Source: Iphione sp. A-MEVVRFRX5
Lineage: Eukaryota
Length of the DNA: 64,000 bases
Reading direction: 5' to 3'
NCBI GenBank assembly: GCA_976226885.1
Contig: OZ320318.1
Coordinates: forward strand, 64,542,001 to 64,606,000
The stretch's first letter is position 1. Each line of letters begins with the position of its first letter. The notes under the pieces are model-generated. The model was not told the origin of the DNA. It made no database searches and saw nothing but the letters and a program-made list of their open reading frames with translations. Positions 63,333 to 64,000 of this stretch are shown here, in pieces. A program made the translations under genes and the position numbers.

Positions 63333-63495
63333 CAGTGAAACCCTTCTACTAATATAAAGGACACCTCATAGTATATACAGGCTGGAAACAACTAACTCTG
63401 CATAATGTTTAAAGAGCCCTGCTATAAAGGACAATCCTCTTTATGGACACATTTTGGTCAGTCCCTTAGCTGTCCTTAGTAGAGAGCTTCCACTG
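63333..63495. mobile_element. Tc1/mariner-superfamily (pogo/Tigger-like) MITE, 163 bp
   Basis: TA|CAGTGAAACCCTTCTACTAA ... TTAGTAGAGAGCTTCCACTG|TA; ends match 18/22 including the TA duplication (63331-63332 and 63496-63497). AAGGACA recurs internally and as TGTCCTT near the right end. Confidence 0.75.
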
Positions 63496-64000
63496 TACGT
63501 GGATATTTTCCCTAGAAGCTGTGTTCCTAGTGACAAGCATGTGTTCTGCTATCCCCTGGTGAGTGTCTGGTTCTGTCTCGATTAGATTCGCCGGCCACAG
63601 TCATCAAAGTAGACGGCAGGAAACCATACTAACAAGAAACGGCTGCTACACTGTGTAGCCTTGTAGGAATACCGATCACTGCAAGATCATCTGTCTCCGT
63701 AAACCTTCTAGGAATTTGAAGGAACTAGTCATCAGTCTCCCTTCTTCGCCGAACAATAAAACTGTTGGCTCATCCTACACCCACTGATGACTAAGCATTT
63801 CACTAGCCGGGGCTGTCCAGGCCCTTCTGCTCGTGTTCTAAGAGTACTGTGCGGTACATCTGGACAGTGTGAAGGGGGCAGGCTGAGGGGCGAGCAGCCC
63901 AACTGGATGGGGCGGGTCCTCCATAGGCCCTCTCCATGGTTGGCGGCGGTGGCGCGCTGATGTAGAGCCTGCCGGAACGGAGGTCAAGTGGTGCTGGATA

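Overview
This window looks like eukaryotic non-coding DNA (intergenic or intronic) with one 142-nt N gap. I recognise no protein domain, rRNA, tRNA, CRISPR array or coding transposon on either strand. The supplied ORFs are short, overlap in several frames and look spurious; the longest (222 aa) runs through a (TTCC)n microsatellite. The best-supported structure is a family of non-autonomous PIF/Harbinger-like (Tourist-type) elements with terminal inverted repeats (TIRs): 23780-24374, 33867-34629, 54003-54323 and possibly 55138-55445. They share internal modules in different combinations under two TIR variants. There is also a TA-flanked Tc1/mariner-superfamily MITE at 63333-63495 and many microsatellites. 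Weaker signals: at least 22 copies of the palindrome TACATGTA (about 1 expected), several RFX X-box, ETS and CRE motif clusters, three frame-preserving candidate micro-exons on the + strand (35-41 kb), and a 3'-UTR-like end at about 57.5 kb. I found no convincing new biological system. All alignments and counts were done by eye. The lack of coding signal and of near-identical repeats means the provenance of the sequence should be checked.
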